From positions 64,001-128,000 of the forward strand of contig CAVZSQ010000013.1 in NCBI GenBank assembly GCA_963777955.1: DNA of 64,000 nt, in the 5' to 3' direction. Below are positions 1-10,292 of the stretch, one piece after another; within the stretch, counting starts at the first letter, position 1, and every line of letters begins with the position of its first letter. Under the pieces are notes generated by a model. That model was not told the DNA's origin, did not search any database, and saw nothing but the letters and a program-made list of their open reading frames with translations. Source of the DNA: Calditrichia bacterium (lineage in GTDB: Bacteria > Calditrichota > Calditrichia > JAJRVZ01). A program made the translations under genes and the position numbers.

Positions 1-1797
1 TCCATGCACAACTTTTAAATATTCACTGCCTCCGATTTCGGCAAACGTTGTTCCGATTATATACACCAGATCCCCATCCTTCTGGAAATAAGCTGGAGTT
101 ATATGTTTAAGGTCATCAATAAGGCCGATCATACCGATCACCGGCGTGGGATAAACCTGGTATATTTCGCTTTCGTTATAAAAACTTACATTTCCGCCGG
201 TTACCGGTGTATCTAAAGCACGGCAGGCCTTCCCCATTCCGGCAATAACCTCGGCAAATTGCCAGTACACCTGAGGCTTATACGGATTGCCGAAGTTCAG
301 ACAATTTGTTACAGCTACTGGTTTGGCGCCGCTGCAAATCACATTGCGTGCCGATTCTGCTACAGCGATTGCTGCTCCATCGCGCGGCGCCAGGTAGACA
401 AAGCGGGCATTACAATCGGTCTTCATCGCCAGCGCTTTATTCGTTCCTTTTATCCGCGTGACAGCTGCATCACCGCCAGGTTCAATTACCGTGTTAGTCC
501 GTACCATATAATCATACTGCTCAAACACCCATTTCTTGCTGACAATATTCGGCGAAGTGAAAACTTTACGAAAAGCGACTTCGAGATCAGCGGGCGGGGG
601 TATCTGGTTCAGATCGAATTGCTGTAACTCCCGCAGATAGGACGGAAATTCGGTTTCCCGCTTGTACACAGGTGCGCCGTCGCCCGCCGATAAATAGTAA
701 GATGGGATATCGGCTACCAGCTGGTTATGAAAATAGATTTTTAAATTCTGATGATCAGCTACTCGTCCGATTTTTGAAAAATCAAGATCCCATTTATGAC
801 AAATCTGTTCAAATTTATCTTCCATACCAGGCCGACATATCACCAGCATGCGCTCCTGTGATTCGGATAACATTATCTCGTAAGGGATCATGTCTTTTTC
901 GCGTAAATGCAATTGATCCAGCCATATTTCAATTCCCAGTTTGCTGTTTGCACTGATTTCCGAACTGGAACTGGTCAGGCCGGCGGCACCCATATCCTGG
1001 ATTCCTTCGATAACATTTTCCTTGATCAATTCCAGAGTTACTTCCAGTAATAATTTTTCGGTAAAAGGATCGCCAACCTGTACGGAACTGCGTTTACTTT
1101 CCGATTCTTCACTTAATTCCACACTGGCGAATGTCGCACCGTGAATTCCATCCCGCCCCGTTGAAGATCCGATTGCATAGACCGCTGCTCCCGGAGATTT
1201 TACCCGGGCCCGGGCAATCTGGTCTTTTTTAACCACCCCGACCGTCATGGCATTGACCAGACAATTATCGGTATAACATTCTTCGAAATATACTTCTCCG
1301 GCTACGGTAGGGATACCAAGGCAATTGCCATAATCCCCGATGCCTTTCACAACTCCGTTGAACAGATAGCGATTGTGCTGGTTATTCAAATCACCAAAGC
1401 GCAGTGAATCAAGCGCTGCAATGGGACGGGCACCCATAGTAAAAATATCGCGCATTATGCCCCCTACACCGGTGGCAGCACCCTGGTAGGGTTCAACTGC
1501 GGAGGGATGGTTATGACTTTCGATTTTAAAAGCAACTGCCAGGCCATCTCCGATATCAATCAAACCGGCATTTTCCTCACCTGCTCCCACGAGCATATTT
1601 TTGCCTTCGCGGGGAAGAGTTTTTAATTGCAGCAGAGAATTTTTGTAACTGCAATGTTCACTCCACATGACCGAAAAAATCCCCAATTCGGTGTACGTCG
1701 GTACACGTTTCATAATGTCGATGATTTTGTTGTACTCTTCTTCATTCAAACCGTGTTCCCTGGCCAATTTTAAATCTACAATCGGTTCTTTTACCAC
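1..1797 (-). CDS. purL: Phosphoribosylformylglycinamidine synthase subunit PurL (runs off window start)
   Basis: Manual minus-strand translation from GTG at 1797 gives [62 protein letters not shown]. Confidence 0.96.
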   Translation of the reverse strand, partial: MVKEPIVDLKLAREHGLNEEEYNKIIDIMKRVPTYTELGIFSVMWSEHCSYKNSLLQLKTLPREGKNMLVGAGEENAGLIDIGDGLAVAFKIESHNHPSAVEPYQGAATGVGGIMRDIFTMGARPIAALDSLRFGDLNNQHNRYLFNGVVKGIGDYGNCLGIPTVAGEVYFEECYTDNCLVNAMTVGVVKKDQIARARVKSPGAAVYAIGSSTGRDGIHGATFASVELSEESESKRSSVQVGDPFTEKLLLEVTLELIKENVIEGIQDMGAAGLTSSSSEISANSKLGIEIWLDQLHLREKDMIPYEIMLSESQERMLVICRPGMEDKFEQICHKWDLDFSKIGRVADHQNLKIYFHNQLVADIPSYYLSAGDGAPVYKRETEFPSYLRELQQFDLNQIPPPADLEVAFRKVFTSPNIVSKKWVFEQYDYMVRTNTVIEPGGDAAVTRIKGTNKALAMKTDCNARFVYLAPRDGAAIAVAESARNVICSGAKPVAVTNCLNFGNPYKPQVYWQFAEVIAGMGKACRALDTPVTGGNVSFYNESEIYQVYPTPVIGMIGLIDDLKHITPAYFQKDGDLVYIIGTTFAEIGGSEYLKVVHG

Positions 1798-2005
1798 CTG
1801 GTACTCCCTGTTGTTGATTGGCATATAATCGCTAAGAATAACACCTGATCCACAAATTTAAATAAAAACTGGAAAATAACTAAGTAAAAGTCTTGGAAAA
1901 ATATTTATTTCTGACCCATCCCCCCTGTCCACTATCCCGGGATTGTATTTTTCACTCACTATGATTAATATTGCTCAAAATATGCATGAGCAGTGCTAAC
2001 GAATT

Positions 2006-2818
2006 ATGACCACAGGATTAATATTTGACATCAAACGCTATACTATACATGATGGACCAGGAATACGTACAACCGTATTCTGTAAGGGCTGTCCATTGCG
2101 ATGTCTGTGGTGTCATAATCCAGAAGGCCAACCTGCGGATGCTGAAAAATCTGCCTGGGGGTACGGACCGCCGCAGGTCTGTTTACCCCACTCAGCTATG
2201 AATCTATCCGGACTGTCAGGCCGGGAGATATCCGTTGAGGAAATAATCAAAGAAATCGAGAAAGACCTTCTTTTTTATGACCAGTCCGGCGGGGGCGTAA
2301 CTATCTCGGGCGGTGAACCATTGTCTCAGCCAGAATTTGTCGCAGACCTGCTATATCAGTGTAAACAAAAAGGGATCCATACTGCGCTCGACACTTGCGG
2401 TTATGCCCCCTGGGAAGACTTTGTCCCGCTTCTGAATCTTGTCGATCTTTTCCTTTACGATCTGAAATTTATTGATGATGCCCTGCATCAAAAATATACC
2501 ATGGTCAGTAACCGGCTGATCCTGGAAAATTTAATCAAATTATCAAAAACTGGAATTCAAATCTTCATTCGCATTCCGGTTATTCCGGATATTACGGCTA
2601 CCCCTGAAAATTTAACACAATTAGCCGAATTTATCCTTACCTTGCATACCGTTAAACAGGTCAGTCTTTTAACTTATAATTTTATGGCTGAAGAAAAATA
2701 CAAAAAACTTGATAAAAGTTATCCATTACAGGGACTTCGTCCCTTGTCAGGACAGCGGATGAACGAGGTCAAAAAGCACTTTGAAAAATACGGACTGGCG
2801 GTAAATATTGGGGGTTGA
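2006..2818 (+). CDS. Glycyl-radical enzyme activating enzyme (radical SAM)
   Basis: HDGPGIRTTVF, CPLRCLWCHNPE (CxxxCxxC), SGGGVTISGGEP, IHTALDTCG; overlaps the start of the downstream GRE. Confidence 0.93.
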   Translation: MTTGLIFDIKRYTIHDGPGIRTTVFCKGCPLRCLWCHNPEGQPADAEKSAWGYGPPQVCLPHSAMNLSGLSGREISVEEIIKEIEKDLLFYDQSGGGVTISGGEPLSQPEFVADLLYQCKQKGIHTALDTCGYAPWEDFVPLLNLVDLFLYDLKFIDDALHQKYTMVSNRLILENLIKLSKTGIQIFIRIPVIPDITATPENLTQLAEFILTLHTVKQVSLLTYNFMAEEKYKKLDKSYPLQGLRPLSGQRMNEVKKHFEKYGLAVNIGG

Positions 2819-5187
2819 ATATGAATGACAGAATCAGCACTTTGCGCGAACAAAGTCTGCAAATTAAACCATCCCTTTCGGTCGAGCGTGCCGTGCTGAT
2901 CACCGATTTTTACCAAAGCGGTCTGGCCGAACGGGTTTCAGTACCTGTGGCCCGGGCACTTGCTTTACAATATTTGCTAAACCACAAGAAAATCTGCATT
3001 CTGGAAGGAGAACTGATCGTAGGCGAACGGGGACCCGCGCCCAAAGCCACCCCCACCTATCCGGAAATATGCGTACATAGTCTGCAAGATCTGGAGATCC
3101 TCAATTCCCGCGAGAAGATTTCTTTCACTGTTGATGAAGCATCTCGAAAAATCTACGCCGAAAAAATAATTCCCTTCTGGCAGGGACGTTCTATGCGTGA
3201 CCGTATTTTTGATCATCTTGATCAATCATGGATCAATGCCTACCAGGCGGGTGTTTTTACGGAATTCATGGAACAACGCGCTCCGGGTCATACCGTACTG
3301 GATGATAAAATATACACTAAGGGTATGGAAGACTTTAAGCGGGAGATCGAACTGCAAATCAGGAAACTGGATTATTTCCATGATCCCCACTCCGTTCAGA
3401 AAAGCCAGCAGTTAAAAGCCATGACCATCGCGGCTGATACGCTGACCGACTTCGCCCGGCGCTATGCCCGCCAGGCCGAGGAGATGGCCGATCAGCAGAA
3501 AAATATAGAACGCCGGCAGGAATTATTGCATATGGCGGAGATCTGTCGATGGGTACCCGCTCAGGCACCACGCACTTTCTGGGAGGCACTGCAATATTAC
3601 TGGTTTGTGCACCTGGGAGTAATCAGCGAATTAAATACCTGGGATTCTTTTAATCCCGGTCGCCTGGATCAACACTTATATCCCTTTTACAAACATGACC
3701 TGGAGACAGGAACATTGACCCGGGAAAAAGCCACTGAATTGTTGCAGGCATTCTGGATTAAATTTAATAACCAACCTGCCCCGCCTAAAGTCGGAGTTAC
3801 GGCCCTGGAAAGCGGCACCTACACAGATTTTGCCCTGATTAATCTGGGTGGAGTAAAGACCGATGGTTCAGATGCGGTTAATGAACTTACCTACCTGATA
3901 CTGGATGTGATTGAGGAAATGCGGCTGGTACAACCCAGTTCGATGATACAAGTCAGTAAAAAAAATCCCGACCGCCTATTAAAACGGGCTCTGCAAATCA
4001 TCAAAACCGGCTTCGGCCAGCCATCGGTCTTTAATACCGAGGCGATCATCCAGGAATTGATCCGTCAGGGCAAAAGCCTGGCCGATGCCCGCAACGGCGG
4101 TGCCAGCGGTTGTGTGGAAGCCGGAGCCTTCGGTAAAGAAGCCTATATCCTGACCGGATATTTCAATCTGCCCAAGATTCTGGAAATAACCCTTCATGAT
4201 GGACTTGATCCGCTCAGCGGAAAAATTATTGGACCGCCTACAGGGAATCCGCAAAAATTGGCAGCGGGTTATGATGAATTATGGTCTGCTTATACCAGAC
4301 AATTGAATCATTTCCTTGATATAAAAATTAAAGGGAATATGATCATCGAACAACTGTGGGCTCAGTATCTTCCTGCGCCATTTCTGTCTGTTTTAATTGA
4401 TGATTGTACTACCAAAGGCATGGATTATAATTGCGGCGGCGCCCGCTATAATTCATCCTACATCCAGGGGGTCGGGATAGGAACCATTACCGATTCTTTG
4501 ACAGCGTTAAAATACCAGGTCTTCGATCAGCGTAAAATTTCCCTGCCTGAATTTGTATCTGCGCTGGACAATAATTTTAAAGGATATGAGTCATTTCAAT
4601 CGGACCTGCTGCGGGCAACCCCTAAATATGGTAACGATAACGAATATGCTGATGAAATCCTCCGGCAGATATTTGAAGCGTATTTTCAGGCAATTGACGG
4701 CCGGCCTACGGCCAGAGGCGGACAATTCCGGATCAATCTGCTCCCTACCACCGTACATATCTATTTTGGCAGTGTACTCGGCGCTACCCCTGACGGCCGC
4801 AGGTCCGGCGAACCAGTCTCGGAGGGAATTTCACCCGTGCAGGGAGCCGATACGAATGGTCCCACCGCCGTACTCAAATCGGCTGCCAAAATTGATCACC
4901 TGCGTACCGGCGGTACCTTGCTTAACCAGAAATTTTCACCCCAATTACTGGCCAGAGATGCAGATATTGAAAAGTTAGTGCAACTTATTCGTACCTATTT
5001 CCGCATGGATGGTCATCATATCCAATTCAATGTAGTCACTGCAGAAACTTTACGGGAAGCGCAAAAGGACCCGTTGCAATATCGCGACCTGATTGTTCGC
5101 GTGGCGGGTTATAGTGATTATTTTGTCGATCTGAGTCCTGCTTTGCAGGAAGAAATCATCCGTCGCACCGAGCATAATGATCTTTAG
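2815..5187 (+). CDS. hypD: Glycyl radical enzyme, trans-4-hydroxy-L-proline dehydratase-like
   Basis: RVAGYS glycyl loop, SGCVE Cys loop, and HypD-type motifs FTEFMEQRAPGHT, WDSFNPGRLDQHL, KFNNQPAPPKVG, ESGTYTDF, LPTT. Confidence 0.88.
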   Translation: MNMNDRISTLREQSLQIKPSLSVERAVLITDFYQSGLAERVSVPVARALALQYLLNHKKICILEGELIVGERGPAPKATPTYPEICVHSLQDLEILNSREKISFTVDEASRKIYAEKIIPFWQGRSMRDRIFDHLDQSWINAYQAGVFTEFMEQRAPGHTVLDDKIYTKGMEDFKREIELQIRKLDYFHDPHSVQKSQQLKAMTIAADTLTDFARRYARQAEEMADQQKNIERRQELLHMAEICRWVPAQAPRTFWEALQYYWFVHLGVISELNTWDSFNPGRLDQHLYPFYKHDLETGTLTREKATELLQAFWIKFNNQPAPPKVGVTALESGTYTDFALINLGGVKTDGSDAVNELTYLILDVIEEMRLVQPSSMIQVSKKNPDRLLKRALQIIKTGFGQPSVFNTEAIIQELIRQGKSLADARNGGASGCVEAGAFGKEAYILTGYFNLPKILEITLHDGLDPLSGKIIGPPTGNPQKLAAGYDELWSAYTRQLNHFLDIKIKGNMIIEQLWAQYLPAPFLSVLIDDCTTKGMDYNCGGARYNSSYIQGVGIGTITDSLTALKYQVFDQRKISLPEFVSALDNNFKGYESFQSDLLRATPKYGNDNEYADEILRQIFEAYFQAIDGRPTARGGQFRINLLPTTVHIYFGSVLGATPDGRRSGEPVSEGISPVQGADTNGPTAVLKSAAKIDHLRTGGTLLNQKFSPQLLARDADIEKLVQLIRTYFRMDGHHIQFNVVTAETLREAQKDPLQYRDLIVRVAGYSDYFVDLSPALQEEIIRRTEHNDL

Positions 5188-5218
5188 GATCACCGGCCGG
5201 TCGATTTATTGCCTGAAT

Positions 5219-5794
5219 TTACCTGAGCCAGTTATAACTTTTAATCTCAGAATATTCAGCTCCGGAAGGTTTTAATTCACTGCGTATCAAGGCGATTTTA
5301 TCAACTTCAAAAACCTGTTCGCTAAATGGAGTTTTTTCCAGATAACTGAATAGATTCGTAAAATTTTGCAACTTTTTTACCCGTCCCAGGGTCAGATGCG
5401 CTGAAAAATCCTGCTCTTCCACACTGAAACCAAGCGGTTTGAGATTATCATCGATCCAGGCATGGATCTCATTCAGGCTATTGCCTGAATCCTGCTCCAA
5501 CCCCAACCAGAATACCCGTGGTTTGGATTTATTGGGAAAACACCCGCTCCCCTTCACCTTTATGCTGAAGGGTTTATAAAGGTGGGCCAACGGTTCTAAA
5601 ATTTCCTCAACCTGCCTGACCAGATCGGGTTTAATCTCACCTAAAAATTTTAAGGTTATGTGCATACTATTTGCTTTGACCCAATGTATATCGGGTTCAA
5701 TTTTTTTAAGAGCCTGAATGTACTGTTCTATCGCAGACAAAACAGTTGCCGGCACTTTTACTGCTACAAAACAACGGATTAATTGTTCAGTCAT
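5219..5794 (-). CDS. thpR: RNA 2',3'-cyclic phosphodiesterase (2H phosphoesterase)
   Basis: Two HxT motifs (HITLKFLGE, HLTLGR), RCFVAV N-terminus; ATG at 5794 preceded by AGGAG. Confidence 0.92.
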   Translation of the reverse strand: MTEQLIRCFVAVKVPATVLSAIEQYIQALKKIEPDIHWVKANSMHITLKFLGEIKPDLVRQVEEILEPLAHLYKPFSIKVKGSGCFPNKSKPRVFWLGLEQDSGNSLNEIHAWIDDNLKPLGFSVEEQDFSAHLTLGRVKKLQNFTNLFSYLEKTPFSEQVFEVDKIALIRSELKPSGAEYSEIKSYNWLR

Positions 5795-5859
5795 ACTCCT
5801 ATCCTTAATAGTTAGTTGTATTTCGATTGCTTGTATCAAGAATCATATTAAAAGAGAAT

Positions 5860-6783
5860 TCATTCACTGTAACCAAATTGCCTGAGTTGAACTTTATCGC
5901 GCCGCCAGTTTTTGCGTACTTTTACCCGCAATTCCAGATAAATTTCCCTTTGTAGAAACTTCTCAATCTCGCCTCTGGCTTGAAGACCTATTTTGCCCAG
6001 CGCACTCCCCTTTTTACCGATCAGAATTGCTTTCTGTGAATCCCGCTCGGTAAAAATAACCGCACGGATATAATCTTTGCGTCCTTCCCGTTCCTTGAAT
6101 TCTTCAATCACCACCTCGGTACAATAGGGAATCTCGGCTCCGAAGTGTAAAAAAACCTGCTCGCGGATGAGTTCAGCCACAAAAAACTTTTCCGGTTGAT
6201 CGGTCAGGGTATCGGCATCATAGTAAGGCGGATGCCAGGGCAGCACTGCTAAGAATTCCGTAAGCAGCCGGGTCAGGCCGTCTCCTTTAAGTGCTGAAAC
6301 GGGGATCAGGGCCTGAAATGGATATAGCCGGTTATAGAGATCCAGCAACGGTAATAAATCTGATTTTTTACCCAGATCAATTTTATTAATGATCAGCAGA
6401 ACCGGTTTCTTAGCCGGATTCATTTTTTTAATAAGATCCACCTCGGCAGCCACCAACTGTTCCGCAGCAGTGCTGCCGGCCGTCAGGGCTTCAACCATAT
6501 AAAGCAGGGCGTCAGCATCGGCAATGGCCAGTTGAATCTGTCTTAACATAACCTGCTGGAGTTCATACTTTGATTGCTCCAGAATTCCGGGTGTATCCAA
6601 GAACATAATCTGATAGGAAGTGCCGTTCATGATACCCAGCAGACGACGACGGGTAGTCTGCGGCCGCGGTGAGGTAATCGACAATTTATAATCCAGCAGT
6701 TTATTCAGCAGCGTGGATTTACCGACGTTGGGCCGGCCGATCAGGGCCAGATATCCGGCTTTGAATTTTGTTTGATCCATCAT
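5860..6783 (-). CDS. era: GTPase Era
   Basis: GRPNVGKSTL, PQTTR, DTPG, NKID, KH domain (AELIREQ, IGKKG, LELRVKV). Confidence 0.97.
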   Translation of the reverse strand: MMDQTKFKAGYLALIGRPNVGKSTLLNKLLDYKLSITSPRPQTTRRRLLGIMNGTSYQIMFLDTPGILEQSKYELQQVMLRQIQLAIADADALLYMVEALTAGSTAAEQLVAAEVDLIKKMNPAKKPVLLIINKIDLGKKSDLLPLLDLYNRLYPFQALIPVSALKGDGLTRLLTEFLAVLPWHPPYYDADTLTDQPEKFFVAELIREQVFLHFGAEIPYCTEVVIEEFKEREGRKDYIRAVIFTERDSQKAILIGKKGSALGKIGLQARGEIEKFLQREIYLELRVKVRKNWRRDKVQLRQFGYSE

Positions 6784-7387
6784 TCTTTGAGACCACCGAT
6801 AAGTTTAAATAATCCGTCCAGTTGTTCTTTCAAGAGAGGATGCTTCGTATCCTGAGGCAGATGCTTTGCTTCTTTCTCAAATAGAATTCCCCGCGGACTT
6901 ATAAAGATAAAACGGAAGGGGTGTAATAATCCGATGCTGCCTGTAAAATTTGATCCGGTTAATTTTGTTTTAATTTTTGAAGAATCAGCCAGGCGAATAC
7001 CGTAAAGCGGAGGATCGGAACCTGGTAAGGGTCTGTACTCAGCTATGGACTTTTCTGCGATCTCCTGCAACCATGGATAGGCTGAGATCGTGATCGATTC
7101 GCTCAGATCAGCAGTTAAACTGATATCAATCAGACTTGACACGCCCTTTTTTAGTTCTTTCACTGCTGAAGTTGATGGTCAGATCCGCATCCCGGTACCG
7201 GCCCTGATAAACCGGCCTGGAAAAAAAATCCCGGCGCATTACCTGACCTCCAATATCATCGGCCAGATCCAGCAGGTTTGACTGGATCGTATCCCAGTAC
7301 CATTTTCGCAATATATTCAATATAATGAATATGCAACAGTACTACAGCAAGCGGGATAAGCAGGAACAATAACCAGGAGTGTGTCAT
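6780..7387 (-). CDS. Hypothetical membrane-anchored protein, split by two frameshifts
   Basis: Three overlapping ORF fragments join into one product starting MTHSWLLFLLIPLAVVLLH; lies within the operon. Confidence 0.5.
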
Positions 7388-7401
7388 TCTTACCACCACA
7401 A

Positions 7402-8514
7402 TTATGATGTATAGATTGGACTGGGTAAAAAGCAGGTGATGAAAATCAGGTAAGAACACCAGGCTAAAACCCTGCGGCCGGGATCAAGCGGAATCTGATC
7501 ATTCATGGTCGGCGGATGTTTCAGGCGAATAACAAAAAATATTAACAAAATCCACAGATACCAGTTGGGGAAGAAAAACGATAGTACCACCATGGCCAGA
7601 AAAGCAAACCAGGCCACATAGTACGCTCTTTTCCCGAATAAGGCATAACTGATATGTCCACCGTCCAGTTGCCCGATCGGGATCAGATTCAGGGCCGTCA
7701 CCAGCAATCCGATCCAGCCGGCAAAAATGTAGGGGAAATGGTAAACTTCATACATCGGTAAATATTCGACTCCCATCAGATTCCGAAGAAAATCAAACAA
7801 TAGTGAACTGCCCAAAGTCAGTGCACCGCTGCCATCCCCGGCCCAGGGATGAATCTGCGAGACATATAACTTAACCCCCTCGAGGTCGGGAAGTTGCCAG
7901 AATCCGCTAATGATGAAAATTAAACTCATTATAAATCCGGCCAGGGGTCCGGCAATACCCACATCCAGTAATGCCCGTTTATCCGGTATCGGCGATTTTA
8001 TTTTTATAAAGGCGCCAAAAGTACCAAAACTAAAATAGGGGATGAAAAATGGGAGAAAATAGGGCAAGGTCGCATAAATGCGATGCCGGCGGGCATACCA
8101 GTAGTGGCCGAACTCATGAGCGCCAAGAATGATCAGCAGACTGAACGCGTAAGGCATACCCCAGACAAAATTATGGAAATTCGCAAACGGATCCCGGCCG
8201 ACCAGCATGGCCCCGGTCAGACAGGTGGTTACCAGCGTGGCCAGAAATAGAATAATATTGATGCGAATATTTTCTTTCTTATGCTGTGCATATTCAGCCA
8301 GTACCTGCAACACATATTCGCGCGGTGTGACCTGTAACTGTGAATGAAGCCCGTTAGCCAGCAAGGCCTGTTGAATATATTCAATTTCCTGCAGGGAAAT
8401 TTTATCTTTTTTCTGCCGGTATACAACCGCACCGAATAAACGGCTGGAAAAATCCAGCACCATCCGGTTTGCGATAATCCTTCGGGAATATTCAATAAGT
8501 TCATTTACCCGCAC
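7402..8514 (-). CDS. Site-2 protease family (M50) membrane metalloprotease
   Basis: HEFGH, IAGPLAG, LNLIPIGQLDGGHI motifs; multiple TM segments. Confidence 0.93.
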   Translation of the reverse strand: MRVNELIEYSRRIIANRMVLDFSSRLFGAVVYRQKKDKISLQEIEYIQQALLANGLHSQLQVTPREYVLQVLAEYAQHKKENIRINIILFLATLVTTCLTGAMLVGRDPFANFHNFVWGMPYAFSLLIILGAHEFGHYWYARRHRIYATLPYFLPFFIPYFSFGTFGAFIKIKSPIPDKRALLDVGIAGPLAGFIMSLIFIISGFWQLPDLEGVKLYVSQIHPWAGDGSGALTLGSSLLFDFLRNLMGVEYLPMYEVYHFPYIFAGWIGLLVTALNLIPIGQLDGGHISYALFGKRAYYVAWFAFLAMVVLSFFFPNWYLWILLIFFVIRLKHPPTMNDQIPLDPGRRVLAWCSYLIFITCFLPSPIYTS

Positions 8515-8630
8515 AACATTTCGCTTTCATAAATTTGATATTTCTAGCAGACGGGAAACAACACGTCAACCGTTTTTACCCCTTCTGGTGACCTTCCCGG
8601 TTGCAGCAGTCTCAGACCCGACAGGTGCTA

Positions 8631-9338
8631 TTAATTTTCGATTTCACCCGTCATCGGTACAAAACGGACTGGCAGCAGGGTTTGTTGCGTAATTCCCAGC
8701 GCATTTTTCTGGATCAGCACCAGATCCTGAGAGAAATCACCCAGCGGCAGGATCATTCGACCGCCGATGCGCAGTTGGTCCGCCAGCGGCTGTGGTATCT
8801 TGGTAGGTGCAGCAGTGATAATAATTGCGTCGAAAGGTGCATGCTCCGGCCAGCCTTTATATCCGTCGCCGCTTTTAACATAAATGTTTTCATAATCCAG
8901 ATCTTTTAAGGTTTTTTCGGCACGGCGGGCCAGCACATCGACAATCTCAATTGTAAAAACCGAGTCGGTCAATTCGGCCAGAACTGCGGCCTGGTAACCT
9001 GATCCTGTACCTATCTCCAATACCTTGTCTCCGGGTTCTATTTCGAGTTTCTCGGTCATATAGGCCACGATATAGGGCTGGGAAATAGTCTGATCCTCAC
9101 CAATAGGCAGGGGTTCATCTGCGTAAGCGTATTTTCTTAAATGATCCGGTACAAATTTATGACGCGGTACTTTGCGCATGGCCTGCAAAACCTTCGCATC
9201 ATGAATACCGCGTCTTTCAATCTGATCCTGGACCATACTGATCCTTAATTTCTCGTACATTTTTTCCGAATTTATATTTTGGGTTTGTTGTTGTCCACAA
9301 CCTAAAACGAACAGGCTTATCAATATTACTGGTCTCAT
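8631..9338 (-). CDS. pcm: Protein-L-isoaspartate O-methyltransferase with N-terminal lipoprotein-like signal
   Basis: [52 protein letters not shown] at 9338 after GAGG. Confidence 0.95.
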   Translation of the reverse strand: MRPVILISLFVLGCGQQQTQNINSEKMYEKLRISMVQDQIERRGIHDAKVLQAMRKVPRHKFVPDHLRKYAYADEPLPIGEDQTISQPYIVAYMTEKLEIEPGDKVLEIGTGSGYQAAVLAELTDSVFTIEIVDVLARRAEKTLKDLDYENIYVKSGDGYKGWPEHAPFDAIIITAAPTKIPQPLADQLRIGGRMILPLGDFSQDLVLIQKNALGITQQTLLPVRFVPMTGEIEN

Positions 9339-9346
9339 ATAATTCC

Positions 9347-10282
9347 TCAATTGCCGGCCAGGCAACGAATATGGGTCAGTACGCTCTGCGCCAGCGCCGG
9401 CAGGTTATAACCGCCCTCCAGCATGGAAATAATCCTGCCGGCGGCATACTTCTCCGCATATTCCAGTACCAGTTCGGTCATGGCGCGGAATCCGCTCTCA
9501 GTCACCAGCATACCGGCCAGCGGATCATCGCGATGAGCATCGAAACCGGCGGAGATCAGAACCAGGTCGGCCTGAAACCGGTCAGCAATCCAGGCCAGAT
9601 CACGGCCAAAGGACTGCAGATAGTCATGATCTTCGCTTCCGGCCGGCAAAGGCCGGTTTAACGTAAATCCCGCGCCCCGGCCCAGGCCTGTTTCATTTTC
9701 ACTGCCGCTGCCGGGATAAAACGGATATTGATGTATACTATAATAAAAAACCGTAGGATCATTTTCAAACTGATGCTGTGTGCCATTACCGTGGTGTACA
9801 TCCCAGTCCACGATCAGGACATTTTCAGCCAGACCAGTTTTTTGAGCAAAGCGTGCGGCCAGCGCGATATTATTAAATATACAAAAACCCATAGCCTTGT
9901 TCCTCTCAGCATGATGACCTGGCGGCCGGACCGCACAAAATATTTTTTTCTCCTGTTTTTTTTCGATGACCTTTACCGCACTTACAGCAGCCCCGGCGGC
10001 ATACTGTGCCGCTGTCAGGGAATCCCGGCTTACCACTGTATCTCCGCCGTCCAACACCCGCACACCCGCATTGATGGCCCGGGTCAGTTTAAAAATGTAC
10101 TCTGCATCATGGACCATTAAAATATTTTCCTCGTCTGCTTTTTCAGGTTCCGCCTTTTCTATTTTTAACGAGGCGATTTCCGCTTCAAGTACCTCATTAA
10201 TAGCCTGTAACCGCTGCAGTCTTTCAGGATGGCCTGCACCGGTATCATGCTGTAAATATATGGGATGATAGAGATAAAGCAA
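9347..10282 (-). CDS. Histone deacetylase / acetylpolyamine amidohydrolase family
   Basis: [41 protein letters not shown]; probable TTG start at 10282. Confidence 0.94.
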   Translation of the reverse strand: MLYLYHPIYLQHDTGAGHPERLQRLQAINEVLEAEIASLKIEKAEPEKADEENILMVHDAEYIFKLTRAINAGVRVLDGGDTVVSRDSLTAAQYAAGAAVSAVKVIEKKQEKKIFCAVRPPGHHAERNKAMGFCIFNNIALAARFAQKTGLAENVLIVDWDVHHGNGTQHQFENDPTVFYYSIHQYPFYPGSGSENETGLGRGAGFTLNRPLPAGSEDHDYLQSFGRDLAWIADRFQADLVLISAGFDAHRDDPLAGMLVTESGFRAMTELVLEYAEKYAAGRIISMLEGGYNLPALAQSVLTHIRCLAGN

Positions 10283-10292
10283 CCGCGACCTG

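Noticed and set aside
259..1144. Plus-strand ORFs 259-627, 672-956 and 941-1144
   Set aside because: Antisense shadows of purL, which the ORF track missed because it runs off the window.
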